From: Paecilomyces variotii
Taxonomy: Eukaryota
Strand: one strand, 5' to 3'
Assembly (NCBI GenBank): GCA_004022145.1
Contig: RCNU01000011.1
DNA: 64,000 nt
The notes beneath the pieces are model-generated. The model was not told where the DNA came from. It searched no databases and was given only the letters and a program-made list of their open reading frames with translations. A program made the translations under genes and the position numbers. Of this stretch, positions 23,941 through 36,092 are shown in pieces. The stretch's first letter is position 1; each line of letters opens with the position of its first letter.

Positions 23941-24466
23941 GGCACAACACGAGAAACAAGTAAAGATCCCAAGTAGTTAGATAACGAGAGCATAGATAGG
24001 TAGTTAGCTTGCAGACCGTGACCACCGCCAGTGACTGTCGCACAAGCTCTAATTTAGCATCAGCAGAGACGGTCTCGTAAGCGGCATCGATTTGGACATC
24101 AGACTAGACGAGGATAAAGCTGGCCAGATCACAATTCCCAGCCATGATCCTGGACGGCGAGTGGGAAGTTCATCGCAAGCCAAGAAGCGCGGAGGTTCAG
24201 ACTCCGCCCGGCAGCCCTAAGCCCTAAGCGGACATGATGGCCTGACTTCTCGTCGTCGACGTCGACATCGTCATCGCCGTTGAGCTTCACGCTTCAGGGA
24301 TCCTGGATGGGCGCTCTCTGTCGATTGAGATAAGCCGCGCTTCTTTCACCATCCGTCCCTCTCTCCCTCCCCTGCCTCCCGCGGCCGGCGCTCTGATGCT
24401 GGCATCGCAATCTGCCCCGGATTCATTTCCCCGCCTTGTCCCTTGTCCTCAGCTTCCCCGCTAAAG

Positions 24467-26059
24467 ATGGGCAATAATCCTTCAAAGACGCCGTCGACTG
24501 GCGCCTCCTCCAACTCGGCCGCCCAGAATCTCTCAGTGCCTGGGAATGACCGACGAGTACATCGGCGGGTGTCAAATCATGGCCTGAAGTCAGCTGCGGC
24601 GGATCCATCAGCCTCCAAAGATAGCGCAACTGGACATCCGGCAGCGAACACGCAAACTCCTGTACAACAACGACTGCAGTCTCGCAACATCCCCGATGAA
24701 GGCGGAAGGCCAGAGAGATCGGATTCCAAGAGGATACAGCGTCATCGGAGCGTGCCAAAACAGGATCCTTCCGACCCTGTTCAGGTTCCCTCACGCCCCT
24801 CCGCAAGACGGGATCCAGGTGTAGCTCCCTCTGGGCCGCCATTGAATACGTACTATGGCGCTTCTGCGCATCTTCAACGCCCTCCTCGACTCCCTCTGCC
24901 TATTGGCGATGCCACTGCCACGCCTGGCTCACCGGTAATAGCACCAGCCGATCCCCAGATCGAATCTGTTCCATGGGACACGCTAGACGAACCGTTAACT
25001 CGCCAGACCACATCACATAGGACCACTGCTGTCGATGAGGATGAGGTCGTCGATGATGATCAATATTCGATAAGCGGAGTGGGAAAGGCCGTCCCGACAA
25101 CCATCGAGTGGCGTGGGCCTGGAGAGAAGGTATATGTGACGGGAACGTTTGTAAACTGGGAGAAGAAGTTCCGAGTACATAGGAGGTACGCTTCGACCCG
25201 TCCTCCTGTCTATATTTCTATTAGAGATGATGCGCTATACTCCAACAAGGCAACTCACTCGATCTGGCATTCCCGTGCTACATCTGAAGAAACAAGCCTT
25301 TCCCAGACCTTGAGGTTGATAGACTGTTAACTGATGATGTACTATACAGTGAAACTGATCCAGGAGTGCTGACCACGACCCTGAGCCTCCGCCCCGGCAC
25401 GCATCATCTCAAGTTTATCGTAGATGGCGATATGCGAGCTTCGGATGACCTCCCGACAGCGGTGGATTTCACTAACCACCTCGTCAACTATATCGAAGTC
25501 AGTGCAGATGAGGTTCAGCGGCCACGACGGGAAAGCGACCGGACGAATAGGTCCGCGATTCCACCTGGAGTGCATCCGCCGCAGGTTCTCCCCGAGATCA
25601 TCGGTACTGGTCCGGCGGGCGATGCCGTCGAAGATGAAGCGGAAAAGGAGGAACCGGAAGAGGAGATCCCTCCTGGAGACTTCCGCAATATTGTCCCCCA
25701 GTTCCTAGCCGATATCGACCAGGAAGAGGACAATGATGCATATCAGCAAGCGGCGAATGTCATCTCGGACTCTTCCGCACCACCAGTCCTGCCCTTGTTT
25801 CTGGGCAAATCTATTTTGAACGGCACGACACCTATGAAAGACGACAATAGTGTGCTGAACTATCCCAATCACACTGTCCTGAACCACTTGGCAACCAGTA
25901 GCATCAAGAACGGTGTGTTGGCCACGAGTGTCACGACGAGATACAAACGAAAGGTGAGAACTCCAATGAACTTTCGTGTAATGATCTTCGCTTATGCGCT
26001 TCTTGCAGTACGTAACGACGATATTGTACAAACCTACCGGGGATATCACGGGTCAGTAA
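24467..26059 (+). CDS. GAL83: SNF1/AMPK beta subunit (Gal83/Sip2-like), 3 exons
   Basis: MGNNPSK myristoylation-type start; glycogen-binding domain WRGPGEKVYVTGTFVNW...HHLKFIVDG; ASC domain PNHTVLNHL...TRYKRK|YVTTILYKP. Confidence 0.92.
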
Positions 26060-26679
26060 TGAGAAACGAGCGCCATGTAGCACAGAATATCACATTCTTC
26101 TCTGATGTCATTGTGCCATCCATCTCTTCCCTTTTTATCTTACTTTTTTATCTCATTTTAATCGATTCAACCGACACTGAGCCGCTCAAGCAGCTTCCCT
26201 TGGCCATTGGCTCGATTAAGCCAATAAAAAGAACGGGACGCGTGCTTTATGTATGATCACAGCATAGCGCCTCTCTAACCATGTTAACGTTCGGACCGAC
26301 TATTGTTGCCGGTGAGATGGGTCATGTTTGTTATGTTAGAATAACCTTGCTACAAACCAAGGCTTTCATGATATGGTCCTTGGAAGAAATGGAATAAATC
26401 CAAGTGTAGTCCTTTGTCCAAGCTATCGAAGAATAACCAGATTAGGCAATTTAAGTTGATGTACGACTCTGTAGTCAATAGCATGTTGTGATTGCTTTTT
26501 TGGATCATATCTCATCCGAGAATTCCATTTATCTATGTATACGAAAAAGACAAGACTGAGACCCTCACCGTCCAGAACGTAAAATATCAGAAGCTTTTTA
26601 GGTGCATAGTAGTACCTTAATTAGATCTTCAAAAGAACAAATATCGTAATAGTTGAGAGAGAGAGAGAGAGAATAGATA

Positions 26680-27884
26680 CTAATCTTCTCTCCACTTCAC
26701 GAAAACATCATCAGTCCGGAATCGCTGCGTGCACGTCGAGTCTTCGAGGGCCGTGCGGAAGCCCGTCTTATAGGCGAGTATACCAGCTTGCGCGATCATG
26801 ATGCCGTTATCGATACAGAAGCGTTCATCTGTGGCATAAACACTACCACCACGGTCTCGGGCCATAGTGCCCATCATTTCCTGTAGACGCTCGTTGGAAC
26901 CGACACCACCGACAATGAGAACTTCCTTCGACCCCACATGCGCCATGGCACGTTCTGTGATTTCAACCAGCATTGCGAAAATGGTTTCCTGGAGAGAGAA
27001 GCAGAGATCTGCGCGCGTCGGGAGCGGGTTTCCCTCCGCGTCTATAGTAGGGATTTTCTCGCCTTCCTTCTCCTCTCCGGCTAGTCCCCAACTTGCTGCC
27101 AATGCATCGACAGCCGCTAAGATACCAGAGAACGAGCAGTCCATGCCCTTGACGGCATATGGTAGATCAACGAGTCGCTTGCCCTTCTTGGCCAGTTGCT
27201 CGATGTTATACCCCGGCGCGGGGTCGTTGGAGATGTGTAATGTGCGTGCGAACCGATCCAGGCAGTTACCCACCGCAATGTCCAGCGTCTCACCAAAGAT
27301 CCGATAACGCTGGGAACTGTAGGCAATCACCTGGGTGTTACCTCCAGAGACATAAAGGACAATTGGGTTCGGGGCGCCGGTGATGAGCCGTCCCATCTCG
27401 ATGTCTGCTCAATAGTTAGATTGCGAATTCTCCAATTATAAGTAGTAGTATTGCTGATGCATGATGATAGGTATATAGATCAAAAAAAAAAGACATAGTA
27501 GATTTAAAGATAGCTAACTGGGATATACATACGGCCAACACAATGGTTCACTCCGACTAATTCCTTCCCCCACAGCAGACTGAGCATTCTAGCCGCCACA
27601 GCGACACTTTGGAGCGGGGCACCCATGCCGGGCCCTTTGGTGTAGCAAATGCAGTCGACATCGTCGATGCTCACTCCAGCCTGCTTGATTGCCTGCTTGA
27701 CCAGTCTGACCACCCATGCCCGGTGGTGTCGAGCGGTATCCTTTGGTAGAAAACCCTCTCCGGGAGGGGAAACGTACGTGTGACGGATATTGGAGAGCAC
27801 CTGCGCGGGGCCGCCATTATCAGGATGCAAGATGAGGCCAACGCCCAGCTTGTTGGCCGAGCCCTCGAGACCGATGGCAATCAT
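26680..27884 (-). CDS. KAE1: tRNA t6A threonylcarbamoyltransferase (KEOPS), 2 exons
   Basis: [54 protein letters not shown]. Confidence 0.96.
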
Positions 27885-28226
27885 GAGGGTCAGGGTTCTC
27901 TCATCCAGAAGCACAAGCTGATCGGGTCAACAGACGAGGCTGCATTGCATCCGAAACGAGCAGGACGATTTCTTTTCACAGATTGCTATCTACGGCGTTA
28001 TCGATTGGCGGCTGCGCGGCAGATCCGCGAGAGGTTTATCCGACGGAGCACGGACTAATCTATATGTGGTCCACACCAACTCCTCACACCTCCCAAACGC
28101 CCATCGTTCATTTTTCCCCTCCTGTGCCCCCAAAACTAGATTCTGGTGCTTCTAGTTTTCACGGAGACTGGTGTCTGGGACTCGCCTGACCCCGTGGTCC
28201 GCTCGTTTAGCTTTATAATTTGCACC

Positions 28227-29900
28227 ATGTCCAGCTCTGTCCATTTTCCTGATGCCGACAACTTCCAGCGGCAGGCCGATGAGTTTCTTGCTTGGCTGTC
28301 CCAGAAGCCCGGCGTTAGAATCAGCCCAAAAATCCAGGTCACTGATTTGAGGGGCCAGGCTGCTGGGAGGGGAGTCGGTATGTGCCTCAATGTCATTTTG
28401 TTCGTGATTTTGTTTTGTCTTCGTGATGAAAATTTACGAATCGTTTCTGACCTGTTGCCCCCCGGTTCGTACTAGTTGCCAGAACCGAAATCTCAGATGG
28501 CGAGGAACTATTTGCAATCCCCCGCACTATTGTCCTGACCGTCCAGAATTCCAATCTCAAGGACCAGCTGCCTCAGAAGGAAGAATTCGAAAATCTAGGC
28601 CCATGGCTGTCTTTGATGCTGGTGATGATCCACGAGTACCTCCTGGGCGAAAGGTCCGCCTGGTCTGCTTACTTCAGAGTCTTACCCACCAGATTCGACA
28701 CTTTAATGTTCTGGTCTGAGTCTGAACTTGCTGAACTACAAGCCAGTGCTGTCGTGGATAAAATTGGGAAGCAGGGTGCGGAAGAGTCAATTCTCGAGAT
28801 GATCGCACCAATCGTTCGTGCCAACCCCACTCTGTTCCCTCCAGTCGCTGGTATCCCATCCTACAACGGCCCAGACGGCGAACGAGTCCTTTTGGAACTC
28901 GCACATATGATGGGATCACTCATTATGGCCTATGCGTTTGACATTGAAAAGCCCGAGGATGAAGAAGATGACGGTGAAGATGGCTATGTCACAGATGAGG
29001 AGGATGAATTGCCCAAAGGCATGGTCCCCCTGGCTGATCTCCTCAATGCGGATGCAGACAGAAATAACGTATGTATTACCATGTCTCACTCCTCGGGAGC
29101 GCATTAGATTAATATTCCTTTTTCTTCAGGCCCGGCTTTTCCAGGAGGAAGGGTTCCTTGTCATGAAGGCGATCAAGCCCATCCATCAAGGGGAGGAGAT
29201 CTTCAACGACTATGGGCAGATTCCTAGATCGGACTTGCTGAGAAGATATGGATATGTTACTGAAAACTATGCCCCTTACGACGTGGTTGAATTGCCGCTA
29301 GACGTCATCTGTAGTGTGGCGGGGCTCGCAAGTGCGGATCCCGATGCGCAGCCACAGGTGCGTTGACTCTCTGTCTCCTAAATTATCTATTCTATACTTA
29401 CTCCCCCACAGCTCAAGCTACTGGAAGATCTCGAACTTCTTGATGACGGCTATATCATTCCCAGGCCATCTGCTGAGGACTCACTGACAGACATACTCCC
29501 GGACGAGCTCTTGGCGCTGGCGAAGACGTTGACTCTAACCCCAGAGCAGTTGCTTCAACAGCAGTCTAAGAACAAGCCGCCAAAGCCTGTGCTGAACGCT
29601 CCGGAGGCGATTCTTCTACAGAAGGCTGTTCAAAAAAGACAAAGCCAATATGCTACGACACTCGAGCAGGACCAGCAGATTCTCGCGGGATTGAAGCAGG
29701 CTGAGACCTCAGGACCACTAGAAGGTTCGCCTCGTCGTCAGAAAATGGCCGTTGAGGTCAGGATAGGAGAGAAGGAGATTCTGCAGCGACTTTCAGCTAT
29801 GTTTTCGGATTTCATCGCGAACAACGCTGGTCAGGGAGCGAAGCGCAGCGCCGATAATAGCCTGGAACAATCGAGACAAGCGAAATCCCTGAGGACCTGA
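28227..29900 (+). CDS. RKM4: SET-domain lysine methyltransferase (Rkm4/SETD6-like), 4 exons
   Basis: AAGRGV, GMVPLADLLNAD, EEIFNDYG, SDLLRRYGY; Rubisco-LSMT-like tail QYATTLEQD...MAVEVRIGEKEIL. Confidence 0.8.
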
Positions 29901-30343
29901 AGTTCCACAGCCCCAGGATGACTGCTACCAAAACTCGAAGAAAAGTTTATTGTGGCTTTTTGGATTGATATTAATCTCGATTCGCTGACCTCATTGCTCG
30001 GTACTCATACACTGGTCTCTAGTAGACCACTCTGAAAAGGGGGAACTATGTACACTAACATTCAAAAGGTTCCAGTCATGTCATGATAAATAACGCAACA
30101 TTAACCTGACTCCGATGCTTCACTGCTTTTTCAGGCTGAGCCAGATATGAAGGGAGAAGTCAGGGAAGAAGGTGAAGGTGAGGGTGAAGGAGGGAGGATA
30201 AAAAAAAGGTAGCGAACCCAGACCATGTCGGATGGGAGAGCTCGCGAATACAACGACATTCGCGAATATACGGCAAGATGGGATATGTGGATAAGGTAAA
30301 ACGCCCGCCAAATGCACGAGAAGAGTGATGGAAGAAGAGATGT

Positions 30344-32327
30344 TCATGTCGCTGGACTGGCGGTAACCGCTCCAGGTCCAGGATTTGAACCCATTGTGTG
30401 TCCCACGCCAGGTGGCCCGTGGTTGTTGGTCGCAACCTGATCGGCCTGCAATCGCCGTTGCGCTTGAGCCTGGGCTTGAGCTTGTGCTGCCTGCGCTTGA
30501 GCATGTGCCTGGGCCGCTGCTGCAACTTGGTCGCGTGCCTTTGCCGCCATGATCGCTCGATGCTGCATGATTTGGATGTCATATTTATCCGCCTCATAGA
30601 CGATTTCTTCATCCGAATCATCCTGATCATACTTGAATCGATCGGCTATTAGTGGATCCATTTCCACTCTACTGCGTGAGGCGAGGTTTCGACGGTCAAT
30701 CATCAACCGACCACCACGCCCAATACGCCTCCTAAAGGAAGGTATCCGGCTGGTGTCCCCGTCCACATCCATGGCATGAGGAGCGAATTTATTGAAATAG
30801 ACCGCCGCATGGTCCACCATGGGTGAGTCATTGATATCTTCAGAGGACTCTGAAGATGGTGGTGTCGGCAATTGAGTGGTAATAGCTGGCCGGAAACCGG
30901 CCTCGAAGGTCCTATCTGGAGACGGCGAAAGCGGTGCTCTCGTCGCATCCACATATCCTTCGTTCCACTTAATGTGCTTAGCCAGATTCTGCTTGATATC
31001 ACGCAGAATCTCGTTCTCCTTCTCAGACTGCACATCTTCGAGGAGTTGCAAATCTTCTGCAGCTTGCGTGCCGGGCCTTTGCGGGACACGGAGCTGGGTC
31101 GGGACTGGCCGCTGGATTGTGGGCACATCCACCGGTTTCTTCTTTGGCTGCCGGATATTAGCAATTGAATGTGCAGTGACAGCCGAGTTTGCTCCTACCT
31201 TCTGGTTGATGAGATCTTCATCATCGTCCTTGATGCCAAGCTTCCTCTTCATCTCCTTGACCTCCGATCGCTGCATGAAGATTTGCTTCTCGATGCTGAG
31301 CATCTCTTTCCTGGCCAATTCACGCTGCCGCACCATTGCAACCATCTGCCGGGCATCTTCGAGCTCCTTCCTGAGTCTCCTCAGTTTCTCGGCGCTCTGC
31401 GCATCTCTACCGCGGGTCTTGCGAATCTGGCGAACCTCGCGTCTACGGAAACACACGTATGGGTCGGCATCGTCCGTATCCTGACCGGTCTCGAACTGCG
31501 ATCGTAAGCACTGTTTCTTCAAGAAGGTATCCGGGAATGGCTTACCTTGAGAGTCGGCTGCAATGGCCTGTTGCCAGCCTTCGTCCTCCTGTCCTTCCAA
31601 TGTTCATATATGTCCTTGGCGAATCGCCTTACACTGTCTTCTACGGCTGCGTCAAAGGAGTCTTCCATCTCTGAGTACGCCAGCACTGGAGGATTATCTA
31701 CAGCAGCAAACGGCTGTTTTGTTTGCGCTGTCTCTTCGAAGAAGTTCATGACTTCTTCGAATTGGTCTTCCGAGCATTGGTTGCCAGGACCCAGCTTCTG
31801 GTTCAATGCTTTGAAGAATTTGTCATCTTCCTCAACCATGTTATACGGACATCCGCAACAATCCTCGACGGTCGAGGAGAAGCGGATGTAGGTCGCAGGT
31901 TGCGAGAAGGTAGGGGGGTAGAGTTTGTCATATTGGATGGAACTGATGATGGTCTCCGGGGTAGGGATATGGGCCTCATTGACCTTTCCAAGGGCTGCCG
32001 CATTTATCGCAGCTTGCAGATGGAATTCCTATTCATTTCAGCGGTCAGCGACGTTGTTTTGTGGCCATTTTGGTATACATGAAAATTTTTATCCATGACA
32101 TGTCGTTGGGATAATATCACGTGATCTTATGCAGACGTGGACTAAAATTAGATAGGGATGGGACTCACCGACTCCTCCGCCTTCTCAACACCGGTTTCAA
32201 TCTGCTGAAGAGTGCTCTGGACCTCATCGTCGACAATGTCGATCTCTTGTTCCCTTACGATGGGAATAGAGGCCTTGGGAGTGAGCTTCTTCGGGCGCGT
32301 CCTCCCCATTCCCCCGTACCTAGTCAT
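30344..32327 (-). CDS. EPL1: Enhancer of polycomb (NuA4 subunit), 4 exons
   Basis: TRPKKL, IETGVEKAEE|..HLQAAI, HIPTP, FSQPATYIRFSSTVEDC, DPYVCFRRRE, FRRRIGRGGRLMIDR. Confidence 0.93.
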
Positions 32328-32828
32328 ACGATTTTAGGGGCGCGAGTAGGAGAAGGACCATGGGAAAAGTGCCCAAATATTGGTATCAAACGAAAGCCCT
32401 GGTCATGGGAGATCGCGTAGTCGTATTTTCTTGATGAATATCGGGCGTGGGGTGGGGGATATCGACGGCTGTAATCTCGTGGCGACAGGGCGGTTTGGTG
32501 AGTTGACGTTGCGATGTCACTAAGCCGTGGCCTGTTTTGGACGAGCGCACGGCCTCAGGGGCTCGCTTGCCTGCCCGTTCCGGGTTAGTGCGGGGCTGGC
32601 CGATATCAGATTCCTGGGCTGCCCTGCGGCTTGGCATGCCTGACCTCTCCAGCTTTCTGAAGTCGCGGTCTCCGCCCTTTCTCCGCAACATCCAACGCCC
32701 AGACCTTCCCACCCACGACTGCTCTCTGGGATTCTGTGTGTGTCAAGGTTCTCTTCTTTGGAGGTGGCAGTAGTATATTTGTTTCTGCCTGAGTTTCGAG
32801 TTTCTTATCCCGCCTCGCATCTGCAGTC

Positions 32829-33708
32829 ATGGATTCCCTCAACGAGCCCAACAGTGCAGCCATCCACGGTGCGCGGAGACGAGGGTCCGTCGGTGCTTCT
32901 CAAGTCCTAGAAAACATCGTATCTGGTTCAAATTGTACGTTGCCCTTTGGATTCTATTCCAGAGTTGCTGTATAGCCTGCTCGTTTCATTCACGTTTCAC
33001 TAATCCGCCACAGTCGACAGAGATGAAGTGGACCGGCTACGAAAGCGGTTCATGAAGCTGGATAAGGTGCGTTACTTTGGATGTGGCACAATAGATGCGC
33101 AGAGGACCTGATAAGCTTGCAGGATAACTCCGGTACTATTGAGCGGGAAGAGTTTCTGTCGCTTCCCCAAGTTTCGTCCAACCCGCTTGCGACCAGGTAT
33201 GCTTATGATCCAACATGAGTGCGACCGATCATATACTTACAGGCGATCTTTTCGTCGTTCCAGGATGATCGCGATCTTCGATGAAGATGGCGGTGGCGAT
33301 GTTGACTTCCAAGAATTCGTGTCCGGTCTGTCAGCTTTCAGCTCCAAGGGTAACAAGGAAGAGAAGTTGCGGTTCGCTTTTAAGGTCTATGATATCGACC
33401 GGGACGGATATATATCAAATGGAGAACTGTTTATCGTCTTGAAGATGATGGTTGGAAGCAATCTGAAGGACGTGCAACTCCAGCAGATCGTCGACAAGAC
33501 TATCATGGAGGCGGACAAGGACAAGGACGGCAAGATCAGCTTTGAAGAGTTTACCGACATGGTTGAAAATACGGATGTCAGCATGAGTATGACGTTGAGT
33601 ATGTTGTCCCTCGGATGCTATAACCCTCCCTGAGGGTTGATTGTTCACCGCATTCTTCCCCCTACTTTAAGGAATCCTCACTAACCCTTATTTGCAGACC
33701 ATATCTAG
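32829..33708 (+). CDS. cnaB: Calcineurin regulatory subunit B, 5 exons
   Basis: [25 protein letters not shown]; four EF hands incl. [51 protein letters not shown]. Confidence 0.96.
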
Positions 33709-34339
33709 GCGATCCATACTACAACTACCCCTCACGAACCGCTTGTTGTTTTCCTTGTGCATACTTCCAACCTCTTCGCCCTTCTTACGCGACATTTGAT
33801 GATCAGCGACGGCTCTCCTGTAGTTTTACATTTATAAAAGGCGTTGTCCCTGCTGTTGTCTCTCCGGCTAAATGATGAATTGCGAATGACCTTCCGCATT
33901 GGTGATTGTGCTGCGTCCCTCGACATACTCCGCCCTTTTCGAACTGTTTTTATGTGCCGGGCCTGTTGGTTCTTGGATCTGGTTCTCGCCGTGATAGCTT
34001 TCAGATATCTGCTCACAAACAAGACAATATACTCGACTGGCGAGTCGATACTTTTTTATTCCAATGAGTTTTGCTCTATTGAGAGGTCGTATTTCAGATA
34101 GAACGGGCCTGCTGTACCTGCTGTGAGATCCGCTATTGGGGATAATATTCGATTCAGCGAAGCTACATGTCATGATTTATCGCGTCTGAGGACTTCTTAT
34201 TTAGGTCCATCAACATATACATAGACCCACCTTCTATGTTCCAGGATCATAGCAGTGATGTACTTGGCTACAGAGTGGGTATTTTTAGACACAACATTAT
34301 CAACACAAGAGATTAGCAGCTGCAAGAACCTTGGATTCG

Positions 34340-35785
34340 TCATAGTTTTGAGTGTCGAGACGCATACTGCTGCGAGAAAAGCTCCACAGCATGTGCAGCG
34401 GTGCCCCTATTTTCATATCCTTAGCTCTTCGTAACTCAAATAAGCAGTAATGCAAACGCTACACTCACCATGAAGACTGATAACCTGCCCCTCCAGCTCC
34501 ATAGTTATGTACCAGAATCTTACCCTTTCGAGTCTCAACCTGGACACGAGCACCGCCCTTTCTCGCCGCTAAAATCCAATATCAATCAGCTTCCAGAAAC
34601 TCCAAACACGGTATGAGGTGCTAGTTATAATCTTACGTCTCAACCCAACATTATGACTAAGAACCTGCAATTGGTCTGGCCTTCCCAACTCCGGACACAG
34701 CTGACAAGCTCGTTCCTTGATCCTCTCCGCACGAGCCATATCCGGCTTATCATCCCAGTCACCATCTATCTTGACACCACCGATAATAATCCCTCCGCCC
34801 AGAGGACGTGGGAAGACATGGGAGAATTCGTTATTTCCGAATCTCGAAGTATCCCAAATATACATTTTCTGAATGGGAGTTTTGGGCTCTGCGATTAAGA
34901 TGGTTTGACCCTGGTTTAATTAAGTTAGGAGTTAGGATATATTGTTGATTTTAATCCATTAGGATAGGTAAATGGGATGATGGGGTGGGAATACGTATAC
35001 GTACTTTGGCAGGATAGACGTCCTTGTCTTCTACACCGCCGAGATTTCGAGCCCCGAGAGCAGTGCAGTTGAAGACGGCAGCGGCGTCTGGGAAGTCATC
35101 GAATACATGATCGATGTGACTGTAGGCTCTCTTGATGAATTGGACGCCTTTTTTGAGAAGGCGTGTCTGGAGCCTAGGATTTAGAGTCAGCATTCTATTC
35201 ATATTCATATACTTGCAACTGTATATGATTCGCACCCCCCAGCATAAAAATATCTCAAGCATGTACCCAACAGAATCATACATAGCAAAATACGCAAAAA
35301 GGAGAAAAAAAGACTCACCAAACCAAATACACCACCGGATTAATCATAAACGTCGTCAAATCCACCGCCGACCTCGCTCCATCCGGCAACTTCTCCCCCT
35401 CCTCACCAGACCCAATCACTTTCACACCACCCACCAAATCCACATACCACAACCTCTTCACCTCGTCCTTCTCCTCATCAAACACAAACCGCATCGGAAA
35501 CCTCTTCACCCCACTACTCTCGGGATACTCGTCCGCGATGCGAAGAAACCTCTCGAACGCGACGCGGTCATACGTCGCATATTGACCTAGGTTTTCTTCG
35601 AAACTAGCCCAATTGGCCCCCGCTTGCGGGGAGGCGTATTCCGCAAATGAGATGTCGCCAGGAAGGTGTTTTGCTACGATGGTGATTTTGGAAGAGGGGT
35701 AGATGTGGAGGAATTCAGAAGCGACTGTGAGACCGGTTACGCCGCCGCCGAGGACGATGATGGATGGAGGTTGTTGTTGGGACAT
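34340..35785 (-). CDS. D-amino acid/D-aspartate oxidase, multi-exon, peroxisomal
   Basis: IIVLGGGVTG FAD motif, YASPQAGANW, FNCTALGA, HNVGLR, HNYGAGGAGYQSSW|G, C-terminal SKL (PTS1). Confidence 0.9.
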
Positions 35786-35992
35786 TGTGAGGTACCTAGT
35801 TGTATATTGGACTTTTTGTATAATGCGTGCGTCGTATAAGAGGGGAAATGAAAATAGAAAATAAGAGAAGAATAAAAAAAGAAGGGTGAAGGATAATATG
35901 TCGCTTAATAGGTTTAATTATTATAATCAGAGATCTGAACTTGCCATTTCTCCTTTCTAAAAAAGAAAAGAAAAAGCCTTTGTTTAGAATTA

Positions 35993-36092
35993 GATAATTA
36001 GTTAGTTATCTACCTAGGCTATCAATTGAGTCACGCCAGAGACTCATTATTGGGGAGATAAAATGACCCCCGCGGGATAATGATTTTTAGTC
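35993..36092. promoter_or_regulatory. CpcA/Gcn4-type and GATA (AreA-type) sites upstream of the D-amino acid oxidase gene
   Basis: TGAGTCA at 36027-36033; GATAA at about 35993, 36057 and 36076; fits an amino-acid catabolic gene. Confidence 0.4.

Noticed and set aside
25186..25349. ATGATGC...CTGA in the SNF1-beta intron as a possible C/D snoRNA
   Set aside because: Box C is non-consensus, no terminal stem, and no convincing rRNA guide.
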